Source of the DNA: an uncultured delta proteobacterium
Lineage (GTDB): Bacteria > Desulfobacterota > Binatia > Bin18
NCBI GenBank assembly: GCA_963733195.1
Contig: CAVTCR010000010.1
Span: forward strand, 1 to 64,000
Reading direction: 5' to 3'
Length of the DNA: 64,000 bases
The notes under the pieces are model-generated. The model did not search any database and had not been told where the DNA came from. It saw only the letters and a program-made list of their open reading frames with translations. The translations under genes were made by a program, and so were the position numbers. How positions within the stretch are numbered: the first letter of the stretch is position 1; every line of letters begins with the position of its first letter. Of the stretch, positions 11,424 through 24,066 are shown in pieces.

Positions 11424-14400
11424 CAACGTAGCAGGTCGCAACACTGCTCAGTTCCTTCGGCTCCTTTCGCCTCGACACGGTGAACGAGTGCCTCTGGCAG
11501 GAGAACCAAGCAATCGCGTCTGAAGCCCCAAAGCTTTCGCCGTATTGCGCTATCTGGTAGAGCATCCTGGGCGGTAGTGAGCAAAAACGAATTGCTCGAT
11601 GCCGTCTGGGCGGAGTTGCGGTCACGTGAGGGAATACCCGAGTTTTGCATTCGCGAGGTTCGCAAAGCGCTGGGTGACAAACCACAAGCGTCCCGCAGTT
11701 TCATCGAGACTGCACCGGCGGGGGTATCGGTTTATCGCCGCTGTCACCACCCCACCAGTTTCTGCTCCAAGTTTCAAGTTTCTAGTCCGAGCAAGGAACG
11801 ACCAGAACACGAGAAACCAGAAACGAGAAACCCTCTTGGTGGGCCGAGAATCCGAACTGGCCCAACTGCACCGCTGGTGGGTCAAGGCGTTAAGCGGCGA
11901 ACGCCAAATCGTCTTCGTTACGGGGAGCCGGGGATTGGCAAGACGACACTCATCGAAATCTCTCTGTCAGGAGTCCAGAGTCCGGAGTCACAAGAAGAAA
12001 ATCAAAAAGGCAAAAATCAGAAGACCAATCCTCAACACTGACCCCAGTCCCCTGGATCGGGCGTGGACAGTGTGTGGAGCACTATGGCGCCAGCGAACCG
12101 TACTTACCAATCTTGGAAGCCCTGGGACGCTTGGGGCGCGCACCGGACGGAGAACGTCTGATCGCCGCGCTGCGCCAGTACGCCCCGACGTGGCTGGTCC
12201 ATTTGCCTGCGCTGCTGAGTCCCACTGAACGCGAGCCACTCCAGCGACAGGAGCAAGGGACAACTCCACAGCGGATGATCCGGGAACTGGCCGAGGCGCT
12301 GGAGGCACTGACGGCTGAACATCCTCTCCTGTTAGTGCTGGAAGACCTGCACTGGAGCGATGTCTCGACGCTGGACTTACTGTCCGTCGTCGCGCGGCGG
12401 GCGGAGAGGGCACGGCTGTTCATCATTGGCTCCTATCGACCTGCGGAGGTGTTAGGCAATGGACACCCTCTGCGGACGGTCACGCAAGAATTGCACCTGC
12501 ATAAGCAGTGCGAGGAGCTGCGGTTAGGATTGCTGAGCGAAGAGGACGTCACGGCCTACCTGAGAAAGCGGCTCTCGGCAGGGGCGCACAGCCGTGCGCC
12601 CTTCCAACGGTTGGCCACGCTCCTGCACCGCCGCACTGACGGCAATCCGCTCTTTCTCGTCAGCGTGGTCGAGGACTTCGTCACCCAGGGCGCGCTCGTC
12701 CAGCACGATGAGAACTGGACGCTACTAGAGGGAGGAGCAACGATCGAGAGGAGCGTGCCTGAGAATATCCGCCAACTGGTGGCCCGGCAGGGGGAACGGT
12801 TGTCTCGGGCAGCGCAGCGCATCCTGGAGGCCGGGAGTGTAGCAGGGATGGAGTTTTCTGCGGCGGCGGTGGCGGCAGCGCTAGCCTGGGATGTAGCGGA
12901 CATCGAGGAGCAGTGCGCAGCCTTAGCCGGGCGCCAACAGTTTTTACGGCTGGCAGGCATTGCCGACTGGCCCGATGGCACAAGAGCGGCGCGCTATGGG
13001 TTTCTGCACGCCCTCTATCAGCAACTATGGCACGAACGGGTGAGTGTGAGCCAGTTACAGCGCTGGCACGTACGGATCGGTGAACGCAAAGAGGCGGCGT
13101 ATGGCGAGCGCCTGCGTGAGATCGCCACCGAACTGGCGGTGCATTTTGAACAAGGGCGTGACTACCGGAGAGCCGTGCAGTATCTGCATCTCGCGGGAGA
13201 AAATGCCACTCGACGGAACGCGCATAGGGAAGCGATCAGCCTACTGACCAAAGGGTTGGAATTGCTCAAGACTCTCCCGGACACGGCTGAGCGTACTCGA
13301 CAAGAACTCGCGCTGCACATCACGCTAGGCACGCCGTTACAGGCCACCAGAGGGTTTTCCTCGCCGGAAGTGGGGGCTTCCTATACCCGTGCCCGGGAGC
13401 TGTGCCAGCAGGTCGGGGAGACCCGCCAGCTCTTCTCGGTTCTCAATGGGCTACGGACGTTTCATCAGGTGCGGGGCGAGCTTCTCCCGGCGCGTGAGCT
13501 GGCGGAGCAACTCTTGGATCTAGCCCAGCGGGAGCAAGACCCGACCTTGCTTGTGGTGGCACATTGGGCAGTGGGAAGCACCTTCTTCAGTCTGGGTGAG
13601 CTCGGTGCAGCCCAGGCGCACCTGGAACAGAGCTTGACCCTGTATAATGCTCAGCGCCACTCTTCCCAGGTGTTCCTCCTCTCCGGCGGCATCGAGCCGG
13701 GGGTCTTTGGCCTCTCCTGGACAGCCTTTGTCCTGTGGCAGCTAGGCTATCCGGCCCAGGCGCTCCAGCAGAGCCAGGCCGCGCGTACCCTGGCGCAAGA
13801 GCTATCGTATCCCCTCAGCTTGGCCGGCGCCCGGGTTCTTGCTGCCCAGTTGCATCAGCTCCGCCGGGAAGGACCCCTAACCCAAGAGTGGGCAGAGGCA
13901 GCCATGACCCTCGTGCATGAGCACGGATTTCCAGGGTGGTTAGGGCGAGGGGCTATCCTGCAGGGCTGGGCGCTCGCCGAGCAGGGACAGGTTGAAGAGG
14001 GGATTGCCCAGATGCGCCAAGGATTGGCCACCTGCCAAGCCATAGGGGTAGGAACATTTCAATCCTATAATCTTGCCTTGCTGGCCGAGGCGTATGGGAA
14101 AGCAGGGCAAGCCGAGGAAGGGCTGGCCGCACTGGCCGAGGCGCTAGCGTTAGTGGACAAAAGCGGCGAACGTTTTACGAGGCGGAGCTGTATCGGCTGA
14201 AAGGGGAGCTGACGCTACAGACCAGAGTCCAGAGTCCAGAGCCTAAAGTCAAGGAAGCGGAAGCGTGTTTTCACAAGGCCATTGACATTGCCCGCAAGCA
14301 GCAGGCGAAGTCGCTGGAGCTGCGAGCCACGATGAGCCTCGCACGTCTGTGGCAGCAGCAGGGCAAGCGACACGAGGCACGCAACATGCTCGCCGAGATC

Positions 14401-14475
14401 TACGGTTGGTTCACCGAAGGGTTTGATACGAAGGATCTGCAAGAGGCAAGAAGACTGCGAGAAGAGTTAGGCTAA
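11419..14475 (+). CDS. OmpR-type wHTH (Trans_reg_C) + AAA ATPase + TPR regulator, multiple frameshifts; start approximate
   Basis: FGSFRLD...AFAVLRYLV...SKNELLDAVW, HRRGYRFIA, LVGRESEL, GEPGIGKT, LEDLHWSD, TDGNPLF, C-terminal QQAKSLELRA...YGWFTEGFDTKDLQEA. Confidence 0.85.
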
Positions 14476-14521
14476 GCGTCTAGACGATAGTAGTTAGTAA
14501 GGAAAACGATAAGACGCTTAT

Positions 14522-14959
14522 TCATATTACTTCCCACCGCAGCGGACGAAACTCGGCAATCCGCTGAAAATCGGTGGCATTCTGAGTCAGCAGCGTAAAC
14601 CCGTTACGCGCCGCAGTTATCGCAATCAGTGCATCGTTTGTCATTCGTGCCCGGCCAACTTCTTCATAGCCGTACTTCTCACCAATCAGCGCGAGGACCT
14701 GCCCACATGCTGTCCAGTCAGATTGGAGCGGCACCAAAATGCGTTTCACTTTCACAAAGTCGTTCTCCAAACGAGTGAGTAGCTTCTTCAATCGTCGATC
14801 TTGAGCTCCCACATACAATTCCTCCAAGACAACGGTGCTCAACCACAGTGGGTAAGTCCGTTCTTCTCGCCGTGCTGCACGACGTAGCATGAAGAGGGCG
14901 ACATTCCCGTGTCGTAAGGCAGAAATATACACAGAGGTATCGAACAGTATCCCAGACAC
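14522..14959 (-). CDS. vapC: VapC-family PIN domain toxin
   Basis: LFDTSVYI, VLEELYVG, NDALIA...TLLTQNATDF PIN motifs. Confidence 0.88.
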   Translation of the reverse strand: MSGILFDTSVYISALRHGNVALFMLRRAARREERTYPLWLSTVVLEELYVGAQDRRLKKLLTRLENDFVKVKRILVPLQSDWTACGQVLALIGEKYGYEEVGRARMTNDALIAITAARNGFTLLTQNATDFQRIAEFRPLRWEVI

Positions 14960-14960
14960 A

Positions 14961-15206
14961 TCACTTGCTTTCTAAGCGACCAAAGACATCATGGATCACA
15001 AACCCACCACGCAGAGCAGCTTTGAGAAAACGTTCGTGGGCTTCCCAAGCTTGTTGGTCTTTTTCTGCCTCACTGATCACCTGTTCGAGTGCGCGATCTA
15101 TCGCCTCAGTCTCTGTTTTCGCTCCTAATAACTGTTGCGCCTTCTTTAGCTTCACTTGGTCAAGACGCAGATGTTTGTTCTTACGTGTGTGCGGTGCAGG
15201 TCTCAT
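14961..15206 (-). CDS. Putative VapB-type antitoxin
   Basis: Small gene directly upstream of the PIN toxin; KHLRLD...AQQLLGAKTETEAIDRAL ribbon-helix-helix-like. Confidence 0.75.
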   Translation of the reverse strand: MRPAPHTRKNKHLRLDQVKLKKAQQLLGAKTETEAIDRALEQVISEAEKDQQAWEAHERFLKAALRGGFVIHDVFGRLESK

Positions 15207-15218
15207 AATGTTTCCCTC

Positions 15219-15247
15219 GTGTACACTTTCACTTCTTTTATGTACAC
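15219..15247. promoter_or_regulatory. Paired TGTACA palindromes, putative TA autoregulatory operator
   Basis: GTGTACAC at 15219-15226 and ATGTACAC at 15240-15247, immediately upstream of the antitoxin. Confidence 0.5.
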
Positions 15248-15306
15248 TCTCAAAAGATTTAGTCAAATGTTAGTTTTCCTAAGATCTCAAAAAGGAGGAA
15301 TCTGCA

Positions 15307-16385
15307 ATGCCCAAACATGTTGTGATTATTCCTGGTGACGATGCCGCACCAGAAGCGATGGCTCCTGCCGTCGAAATTCTTAAGAGCTTCAATCTGGATA
15401 TTACGTGGACAGAATTTCCTAGTGGCGAAGAAGGAGTCAAACGGTATGGTTCGCGGTCAGCGTTTGACCAAGCGCTCCGCGAAGCGATTGATCAATCCGA
15501 TACACCTTATTCGGCTCAACTAACGGAACGACCGGCGGGCTCAATCATCTGCGTTGGGGCAAACGGACCTTTGCCAATGTTCGCCCGGCGCGATGGCGAC
15601 CAGGGTTTCGCAGTCCACTCAAAAATCCCGATGGCATCGACTTTGCCATCGTTCGTGAAAATCTCGAAGACCTGTATATGGGAATCGAAGGAGATTTGCA
15701 GACACTTTCTTCACTACAAGTGACAAGTTGGCTCACGCGCAAACCGCTGGATACAACCCCGACAGGGAAGTTCGCGATCAAAGTGATCACCGAAGAGGGC
15801 ACGCGTCGTGTCGTTCGCTTTGCTTGTGAACTCGCACGCAAACGCAAAGCGCAGGGCGGCAAAGGCAAGGTGACCTGCACCAGTAAGTACAACATGCTGC
15901 GCGAGAGCGACGGGTTGTTCCGCCGTGTCGCGGAAGAAACTGCAAAAGAGTATCCCGATGTCACCTACGGCCAGTACATTGTTGATGACTTTGCCCGTCG
16001 CATTGTCGCCAGCCCACAAGAGTTTGACGTCGTGGTGATGCCAAATCTATACGGTGATATTCTTTCTGATGCTGCGGCAGGGACGATTGGCGGACTCGGT
16101 CTTGCCCCGAGTGGGTGCTATGGAGAGAATTACGCCTACTTCGAGTCAATCCACGGCACTGCTCCAGATATTGCAGGCCGAAACATCATCAATCCCACCG
16201 CAACCTTGCTGTCCGCGGTCATGATGCTGGAATACATTGGTTACACCGATGCGGCCGCACGGCTCGATCGTGCGGTCTCGCAGGTGTATGCTGAAGGAAA
16301 GACGCTCACCCTGGACCAAGGTGGGTCAGCATCAACCACTGCGTTCTGTGCGGCAGTACGAGAATGTCTGGGAAAGAACCGCTAA
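15307..16385 (+). CDS. Isocitrate/isopropylmalate dehydrogenase family protein (frameshifted)
   Basis: [52 protein letters not shown]; AGGAGG RBS. Confidence 0.88.
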
Positions 16386-16414
16386 GGAAAAACGCGCGGG
16401 GATGGAGCTAACGA

Positions 16415-16615
16415 CTATCCCTGCGCCTTATTGCGGGCCTTGGTGATGACCACCACTTCCTGACCATTCACACGAACCATCCGACGATCAGATGTATTTT
16501 GCTGGGGAACTTTGCGGGTACGAGTTTCCCGCCATTGTTTGAGTTGCTTCACTAGTTCGTTTTCGCTCACAGGTCTCCTCCGGTCGGTCGGTGTGACCGC
16601 CTTGTTATGCGTCAA
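16415..16615 (-). CDS. Small hypothetical protein downstream of rpoD
   Basis: 66-aa ORF overlapping the rpoD end; plausible composition; start uncertain. Confidence 0.35.
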   Translation of the reverse strand: MTHNKAVTPTDRRRPVSENELVKQLKQWRETRTRKVPQQNTSDRRMVRVNGQEVVVITKARNKAQG

Positions 16616-18365
16616 TAAACGCTTCTAAACTCTTGGCGCGAGATGGATTACGCAGTTTCCGCAGGGCTTTGGCTTCGATTTGGCGGATGCGTTCTCGCGT
16701 TACGGCGAAACGCTGTCCGACCTCTTCTAGCGTATAATCAGTCTTTTCATCGATTCCAAAACGCATCCGTAAGATTTGTTCTTCACGGGGCGTAAGGGTG
16801 GCGAGTACTTTGCGGGTCTGCTCCTCTAGACTCAACGCCATTGCTGCATCCGCCGGTGACAATGTTTGCCGGTCCTCGACAAAGTCTCCGAGCGAACTCT
16901 CTTCATCATCGCCAATCGGTGTTTCGAGCGACACCGGTTCTTTTACGATCTTGAGGACCTTGCGTACCTTATCGGCAGGAACTTCCATTTGTGTAGCAAT
17001 TTCTTCCGGGGACGGCTCCCGACCCAATTGCTGCACCAGATACCGCGAGGTGCGCAGGACTTTATTGATCGTCTCAATCATATGGACTGGGATACGAATC
17101 GTCCGTGCTTGATCAGCAATCGCACGGCTCACTGACTGTCGTATCCACCAAGTGGCGTAGGTCGAGAATTTATACCCACGTTGGTATTCAAATTTTTCTA
17201 CCGCACGCATGAGGCCGATATTGCCTTCTTGAATGAGGTCTAAGAAGCCGAGACCACGGTTGACGTAGCGTTTGGCAATACTCACAACGAGACGGAGATT
17301 GGCCTCAATTAGGCGGCGCTTCCCTTCTTGTGCTTGATATTCACCGCGGGCAATAATCATCAACGATCGTCGCAGGTCCTCATAGCTGGTGCCAAGTTCG
17401 CCTTCGATCCTTGTTATTTCCTTGCGGACATCTTGGATAATGGTGCTGGCATCAACCATCCGTTGCGATTGCGTTTTGCCTAGTTCTGCAGCAAGAGTTG
17501 TTGCCCGACGGCCACCTGCCTTCAGTGTTCGTGCCAACGCAAGGATGTCCGGGGCTTTCCGGCGGAAGTGCTCTTCTTGATCCTGAATCAACCGTTGCTG
17601 ATGGGCAAGCGAGAAACCAAACTCTTTAAGCTTCTCTGCAATAGTCGTGATATGGCGACGGCCTAGTGGAAGGCTGCTCAGCGCAGCTTCGACTTTATGG
17701 CGAATGTCGACGAGCTTCTTTCCTGCTTTTTCTTTGTCTTTCAGCGTCAACCGCTTGTGGACATACTCTTCTGCCACTTCCCATTCGCGCGCAAATCGTT
17801 TCAGAGGAGCCATCCGGCTCAAGAAAAGCTCAATCCGATGGTCTTCCTTCGCTTCCGCATTATCAACCGCCTCTTCTTCTTCATCTCCGAAAACATGCCG
17901 AGCTTCGACTTCTCCTTGTTTCAGTCGGTCGCCAAGGGAAAGGACGTAGCGCAACGCCAAGGGCACAGAAAAAACTTCTCGACGAACCTGCGTCTCTCCT
18001 GCCTCGATTTCCTTGGCAATAGCAACTTCTTCCTCGCGACTCAGCAAGGGAATATTGCCCATTTCTTGCAGGTACATGCGGACAGGGTCAGAGGTATCAC
18101 CTATCGTAGGTTCCTCTGGAGTCACAACTTCCTCTTCCCACTCTTCCTCTTCCCGTTTGGGCAGGTCGATTCCCAACGTGCTTTCGTCGTCCATCACGTC
18201 AACGGGTTCAATATCCATTTCTTCAAAAATGGATATGACACCATCGATTTCTTCTGTGGGGGATACTTCAGTGGATAGGGGATGAGCAGTCTCTGAGGCG
18301 CCCATGAGTCCTTTTTCAGAGGAACGCGGAGCTACCTCGATTCTTTTTTCTTTCCCTTTTTTCAT
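16605..18365 (-). CDS. rpoD: RNA polymerase primary sigma factor RpoD
   Basis: [66 protein letters not shown]. Confidence 0.95.
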   Translation of the reverse strand: MKKGKEKRIEVAPRSSEKGLMGASETAHPLSTEVSPTEEIDGVISIFEEMDIEPVDVMDDESTLGIDLPKREEEEWEEEVVTPEEPTIGDTSDPVRMYLQEMGNIPLLSREEEVAIAKEIEAGETQVRREVFSVPLALRYVLSLGDRLKQGEVEARHVFGDEEEEAVDNAEAKEDHRIELFLSRMAPLKRFAREWEVAEEYVHKRLTLKDKEKAGKKLVDIRHKVEAALSSLPLGRRHITTIAEKLKEFGFSLAHQQRLIQDQEEHFRRKAPDILALARTLKAGGRRATTLAAELGKTQSQRMVDASTIIQDVRKEITRIEGELGTSYEDLRRSLMIIARGEYQAQEGKRRLIEANLRLVVSIAKRYVNRGLGFLDLIQEGNIGLMRAVEKFEYQRGYKFSTYATWWIRQSVSRAIADQARTIRIPVHMIETINKVLRTSRYLVQQLGREPSPEEIATQMEVPADKVRKVLKIVKEPVSLETPIGDDEESSLGDFVEDRQTLSPADAAMALSLEEQTRKVLATLTPREEQILRMRFGIDEKTDYTLEEVGQRFAVTRERIRQIEAKALRKLRNPSRAKSLEAFIDA

Positions 18366-18719
18366 AAAAGGTTATGCCCTCTCGCGCATTGGATGTGCGT
18401 GGGTAAAGATCTCCCCTTCCCCCTTTAGTCGAGAGAAGAAAGAAGTACAGCGGTGACCACAAACGTTCGTACGCAAGCTTTTTACTGTATGATTGGGGAG
18501 GCTTTCTCCCGAAGTATTATCTCGCAGGAGAATGAAAGTCACTTCAATCTTAGGTATGAGATAGAGGACAGTCAAGGGAGCATACAAATATTCTCCTCTA
18601 TCACATCGTAGGTGCATTTGTGTTGTCTCTGAATCCGGACCTGCTCCTCTTGTCCTTACTTCTCTGGTGGGAATCGGCACATTTATCCTTTTCTTGATCA
18701 GCTCTTACCCAGGAAAGCG

Positions 18720-19538
18720 TCAACCGAGGGTCCCTTTTACCGCCTTAGCTGCCCCGATCGCTGTCGCGTATTCTGCATAGGGCGGAACAATGACATTTTC
18801 CCCACGGCGAGGCTGCATAGCTTCAAAGCGATCGCGAAGTGGTTTCACCCGTGTCAGTTTCCCGGTGAGAACAATCTCATGGTGTTGGCGAGCACGGGCT
18901 GCCATAAGGCTTAGCGTAAACGTCACCTCAGCTACCATATTGACCAAGGCTAACGCCTTATCTGCCTGAGTCGGATCAGACCGGACTTTCCCGAAATTAC
19001 TGGCAGTCGCTGTCGCCGGAACAATACCAACCGGCCCACCAGCAATATCTCCGACGGTTAAGTCAACCCGGCTTAAATCCCCATGCGTTGCAAGTTGTTC
19101 AAGTGTATCAAGACGAGACACTCCTAGTAGGTGACGGGCAAGCCCTAGTAACGTCCCACCGCCAACTCCAGTACCGCCAACATGTTCGATGTTCTCATTA
19201 CGGACGGATACCAGTGCCGTACCGGTTCCCAACGAAACGACTAGCGCTTCATTCTTTTCCGCTAATGTACTCCCACCGACCCCAATAGCGGTGATCTCGG
19301 GCACGTTCACCACCGGCACGCCAAAGAGCTGATCCTGTAAACAGCGCGCCCCTCCACCACTCGCCGCAATAGCGCGAATACTGGATAAGTTTCCCCCTGC
19401 TGTGCTCAGCAGCTTTCCCAATGCTCCCGCCGCAGCAGCAAGCGGGTCGCCAGTCTCGATCGTCACAACAATAATCTCTTCCCCGTCTACCAACACCGCA
19501 TCCGTCGTTGAACCCCCAATGTCGATACCAACAATCAT
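18720..19538 (-). CDS. Type II (Fumble/CoaW-like) pantothenate kinase
   Basis: GIDIGGST, VSLGTG, GGTGVGGGTLLGL, VDLTVGDI, ASNFGK. Confidence 0.82.
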   Translation of the reverse strand: MIVGIDIGGSTTDAVLVDGEEIIVVTIETGDPLAAAAGALGKLLSTAGGNLSSIRAIAASGGGARCLQDQLFGVPVVNVPEITAIGVGGSTLAEKNEALVVSLGTGTALVSVRNENIEHVGGTGVGGGTLLGLARHLLGVSRLDTLEQLATHGDLSRVDLTVGDIAGGPVGIVPATATASNFGKVRSDPTQADKALALVNMVAEVTFTLSLMAARARQHHEIVLTGKLTRVKPLRDRFEAMQPRRGENVIVPPYAEYATAIGAAKAVKGTLG

Positions 19539-20732
19539 TGAACCACCCTTCTTACTAGGGGGTCGGCCCCTAACAGATTTCGTCGATACACTGCTATTTG
19601 CTGCTTGCGCTCAGGACTGTACTCGCGCCATTTTTTCTCTGTGACTTCGTCTGGGAGTAACTCGACGAAATCCGTGTCGCTCGAAGAGCCGCTGTGCTCC
19701 CTCTTGGGTTGTACAGGCAAAAATGTAGGTTAAATGTTGTTGTTCTCCTTCAGCAACCATGTGGTCAACTAATCGCCCACCGATCCCTTCGCCTTGGTAA
19801 CGAGTGATAGTTGAAAGGCCAACAATCTCCACAGCACCCGCCTCTGGATAAGGCAAAAGCGCACAGAAACCCGCCAGCTCCCCAGGCGCAGGTCCGACTC
19901 TGGCCCCATATCCATGCAACAGCAATAAGGTAGTTTCATGTGGGGATCGTGGCTTGAGATAGCCTTCTCGTTCACCGCGTTGTAGAAGCTGTTCTACTTC
20001 ACGAAAATCATCAATGCCTAACTTTTCCACCTGACAATAGTCCGTCAAGGTAAACAGGGTTCCGTCGCCTTCATAGGTGAATAGTTCACGGCCGAGCCCA
20101 GCCAACGGACAAAGAGTGACTGAGGATATCCCTCCCTCCAGCACCTTGTAGATGGCTTCCAGTAACGGACGTCGGGTTACCAATCCTGCCCACTCGGCTG
20201 CGCCTGGGCGAAGCAACTCTTGCAACACGGCACCATTCATAAACGAGAGCGATCTTCCGCCAGTGGATACTCCTCCAACTGGATCGATAAACACCACCTT
20301 GTATACTCGCAAATTGACCGCAACCCGTTGCGCCGCTGTCACGAGAGGGACAGTAGTCCCGGCAGGCCAGAGGCTCACACAGACCTCGCTTCCGCGCAAG
20401 ACAGTCCAGATCGGTAACAGCAGATCGTCGTCGGTGCCATCCGCAGGTAAAACAACAAGTGACGGATATGCGACTTTCGCTACGCGTGCCAGGTGTTTAT
20501 ACAGCGCTCGCACCCGCCGCTGCTCACTCTCAGTGTCAGCAGCTTCGATGAGAAAGAGCAATTGCGTCTCATTCTTTAACAGAGTCTCAAACACTTCGAG
20601 CGCAGCAGTCACCTCCGTTTCAGATGCAAGGTCTGCTGCACGAATCACAAACAGTAAGCTCTTCTCGTGGAATTCGTCGAGGTAGAAGTCTTTCTCAGCA
20701 AACGACAGGGTAGAAACTTTGCTTCGTCTCAT
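19535..20732 (-). CDS. Amino-acid N-acetyltransferase (ArgA-like kinase-like + GNAT domains), 3' frameshift
   Basis: ELFTYEGDGTLF, GYLKPR, YQGEGIGGRL, LFERHGF; tail continues in ORF 19535-19720. Confidence 0.7.
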
Positions 20733-23700
20733 TGCACTGTGCCACCAGTACTAGAGGATCGCACGAGTTCCGTTGCAATAAAGTGGCGTTCTTCGTCCCT
20801 CCAGGCAGATGTCCTGACCTCACCAGAACGAACATAGACAACGGCAACCTCTTGCACTGGGCGCCTAGTCAATCGTTCAAGTGCAAACGCGTGGAGGAAC
20901 AGGGGAGTTTCCTTCCCATCCTTCACCATTTGCGATTGTCCAGCAGGCATGGGATCGAGGAGAAAGCTCCCAACAACCCAGGCATCACCAACGATGAACG
21001 CAAGGTCAATAGTTCCACTCCAGAGACGGCCCTCGTAATGCAATGTAAACGGAAGCCCCACCCACCGCTCATGCGCCTCGTACGCACGGGCAAACAAGGA
21101 GGTAGTGCGTAGAGACAGTAACAGATGTTCAAGTTCATGTTGCTCTGCCACCGTGTTCCCAACAGTTCTAGCGATCTCACTTCTGCTTTTCTCTGGATGA
21201 GCAAACATCTCTTGCACAGCTTTCCACAAGGTAATGCGTAGTGTCGAGGCAGATAGGAAGCTTTCCCCTCGTCCAACGTCAGCAGTAAGAATGCGTTGCG
21301 GAAGGTCCCTGAGCATTGACATCGTATCACGTTCCTTGTGTTCACACCCTTTTTCTGTGGTAGCACGCCGTTCAGCGTTCCAGTGTTCATAGGCACGCAA
21401 GACCGCAGCATTCGGCAGCACGTTCGTTATCATAGGTGGTGGTGGAAGCGAGGGTACTACCTGTTCGATACTCGCAGGATCAATATGGTAGGTATACACA
21501 TACGCCCCAGTTACAGGGAACGAAAAGGAACTCTCCGGTCCCCGTGCATCGTCATTTTTCTCCTCTGTTTGCTCACCAACGTCACTGACTTCTCGCTCTA
21601 TGTGCGGCCAGATCGGCATAAGAAGATGGTCACGGACTCGCGCAGCTGCCACGTATCGTAACCGCCATTCTTCTGCCAACTCGCGTGCCTGTTCGCGTGA
21701 CTCCGCCTTCTGCCACCCCCGTGTAGTACATGTCAAGGTCTGGGGACCAATACGCAGTTCTAATGTTCCACTCAAACGTTCGACAATGCCAGTTTTACTC
21801 GTTCGCCCTCGGCCAGGATCGTCAGTCATATCAGCGAGTATGACGACGGGAAACTCTAACCCCTTGGCTTTGTGAACGGTCAACAGTCGTACGACGTTGT
21901 CATCTTCTTCGGTGAGAAATGCTTCCTCTTCTTCTCCAGTCACATACTGCTGGGCAAGAAAGCGGTTCAAGGCTGCCAGTGTTGGTACTCCGCGAGTCGC
22001 CAGCGCCTGCGCGATATCAATCAATTTGAGCAGATTCGCTACGCGTTGCGCCCCATGTGGACGTAAAGCAAAGAGAGGTACCAGATGGGTGTCTCTATAG
22101 ACCTTATACAGCAATGCAACAGGACTCAGCTCAGCCGCATCCGTGTACAGCGCGCGTAAGGTTGCAAAAGCCGTCGTAAAACGACTAGCCGAGGGAAGTA
22201 CATCGGGTACTGCGGGCTGCAGTGCGTCAAATTTTCCTCCTTCACTCACAAACTGTGTCAATTCTTCGTCACTAAAACCGAAGACACTTGAGCGCAACAC
22301 GGCAACGACAATGGCAGGATCGGTCGGTCGTTCTATCGCGAGGAGTAATACCCGAAGATCCTCAACTTCTTGCCGGCTAGTATAACGCCGTCCCCCTAAC
22401 ACTCGATATGGGATGCCCGCGTTAGCAAACGCCTCTTCATACGCTCCCATCGCCCGATAGGTACGGAAGAGTACGGCTACGTCACGATATTCTTTCGCCT
22501 GATCTCCCCACACCGCAAGCGAGCCGTACGTCACCGCCTGTTTTAGCATTGCTGCAACGGTTCGCGCTTCGGCGCGTCGCAACTCATCCTTCGTCGCGCG
22601 TACCGGTACCACCTTCGCTGGGATCGGAACCGCGATGAGTTCCCGTCCGGTCACTTCTTTGCGAGTTGCTAATAAGGGCTGATAGGTAGGCTGATCGCTA
22701 CGAGTTCCTGCAAAAGCCGAAGCAAACGTATCGTTCATCCAGTCAAGTACCGGAGCACGCGTACGAAAGTTATTCTCCAAGATGAGCACTGCTCCTTGTT
22801 GAGCGATTGCGGTACGGACTTGCGAGTACACTTCCAGATCCGCTCGCCGAAACCGATAGATCGACTGCTGTGGGTCACCGACCAGAAACAACTTCCCAGG
22901 CCGAAGTGTTACATCCATCCATTCGGAGGCTCGCGGTTCTTGCTCAGCGAGGAAAAAAACGATCTCTGCTTGCAAAGGGTCGGTGTCCTGGAATTCATCA
23001 ACGAGCAGGTAATCAAACCGTCGCTGAAAATAGCGACGAACATCAAGATTAGTCTTCACCAAATCTCTGGTCACAAGTAGGAGGTCAGTAAAGTCGAGCT
23101 GACTCTGCTCGTGTTTCTTTTCGTTATACGTCTGTAGATACCCTTCAAGCCATTGTACCAAGCCGATGGAAAGATTATGAAACCAGCGGCTACGAGCCTC
23201 GGTATAGAGTTCAGCCAACTGACGAAAGAGTACTCGTACTTCGTCGAGAACAGAGGCGGGTCGCCAGTTTGCTTTTGTTCCGCTGGTTGCACTTGCGACA
23301 ATGTCATGGGGTTCATGCAAAAGGAAGTGTTCCCACGATCCCAGATCTTCGTCTTTTGGGACGAGAGTTTCTAACCGCTGAACATGTGCAAAGGCACGGT
23401 CAGCAGATGTTCGACAGGATGATTTCCGACAGCAGAGCTGCGCAAGGAGCTGGGGAACCGCCGCGTGTAACTCAGCAAGAGGTGATGGAACTGGAGCAGG
23501 TAGTAAGGTTAGACAGTCACGATGTTCAAGAACAAAGTTGCGCAACGTCTCGATGTGAGTCAGGGTCAAACCGGCTCGGAGCGCTTGTTTGAGAACGGTC
23601 GGACTGCGATCCATCTCTGTGCTAACCATTCCCGCCACACTTCTGTTTGCACGAGATTGGCCTCGAATTGACTCAGGGTTGAGAAGTAAGGATCAACCCG

Positions 23701-24066
23701 AGCCTCAACCGGGCGTTCGCGGAGAAGGGCCGCACAGAAGGCATGGACAGTAGCAATCTGTGCACGGTCGAGTTGCCATCGGGCGTTACGCAGATTTGTG
23801 TATTCTTCTTCAGTCAACGGTCCGGCTAAGGCGAGCTCAAGTTCGGCACGGAGACGCACACGGATCTCCGCAGCTGACTTTTCACTGAAAGTAATTGCGG
23901 CAAGGCGATCTACTCGACTCCGTCCACTACGCAACAAAGACAAGAGACGAGTGAGAAGAACAGTGGTCTTCCCCGTTCCTGCTCCAGCTTCAACCAAAAA
24001 GGTTGTCGTCAATTCCTTAGCGGCGCGTCGCCGAGCTTCGACATCGGCACGTGCGGTATCACTCAT
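20729..24066 (-). CDS. addA: AddA-like UvrD helicase subunit (frameshift near 23620)
   Basis: VEAGAGTGKT, AITFSEKSA, TVHAFC, VDEFQDTD, VGDPQQSIYRFR, NFRT, TVHKAKGLEFP. Confidence 0.85.
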
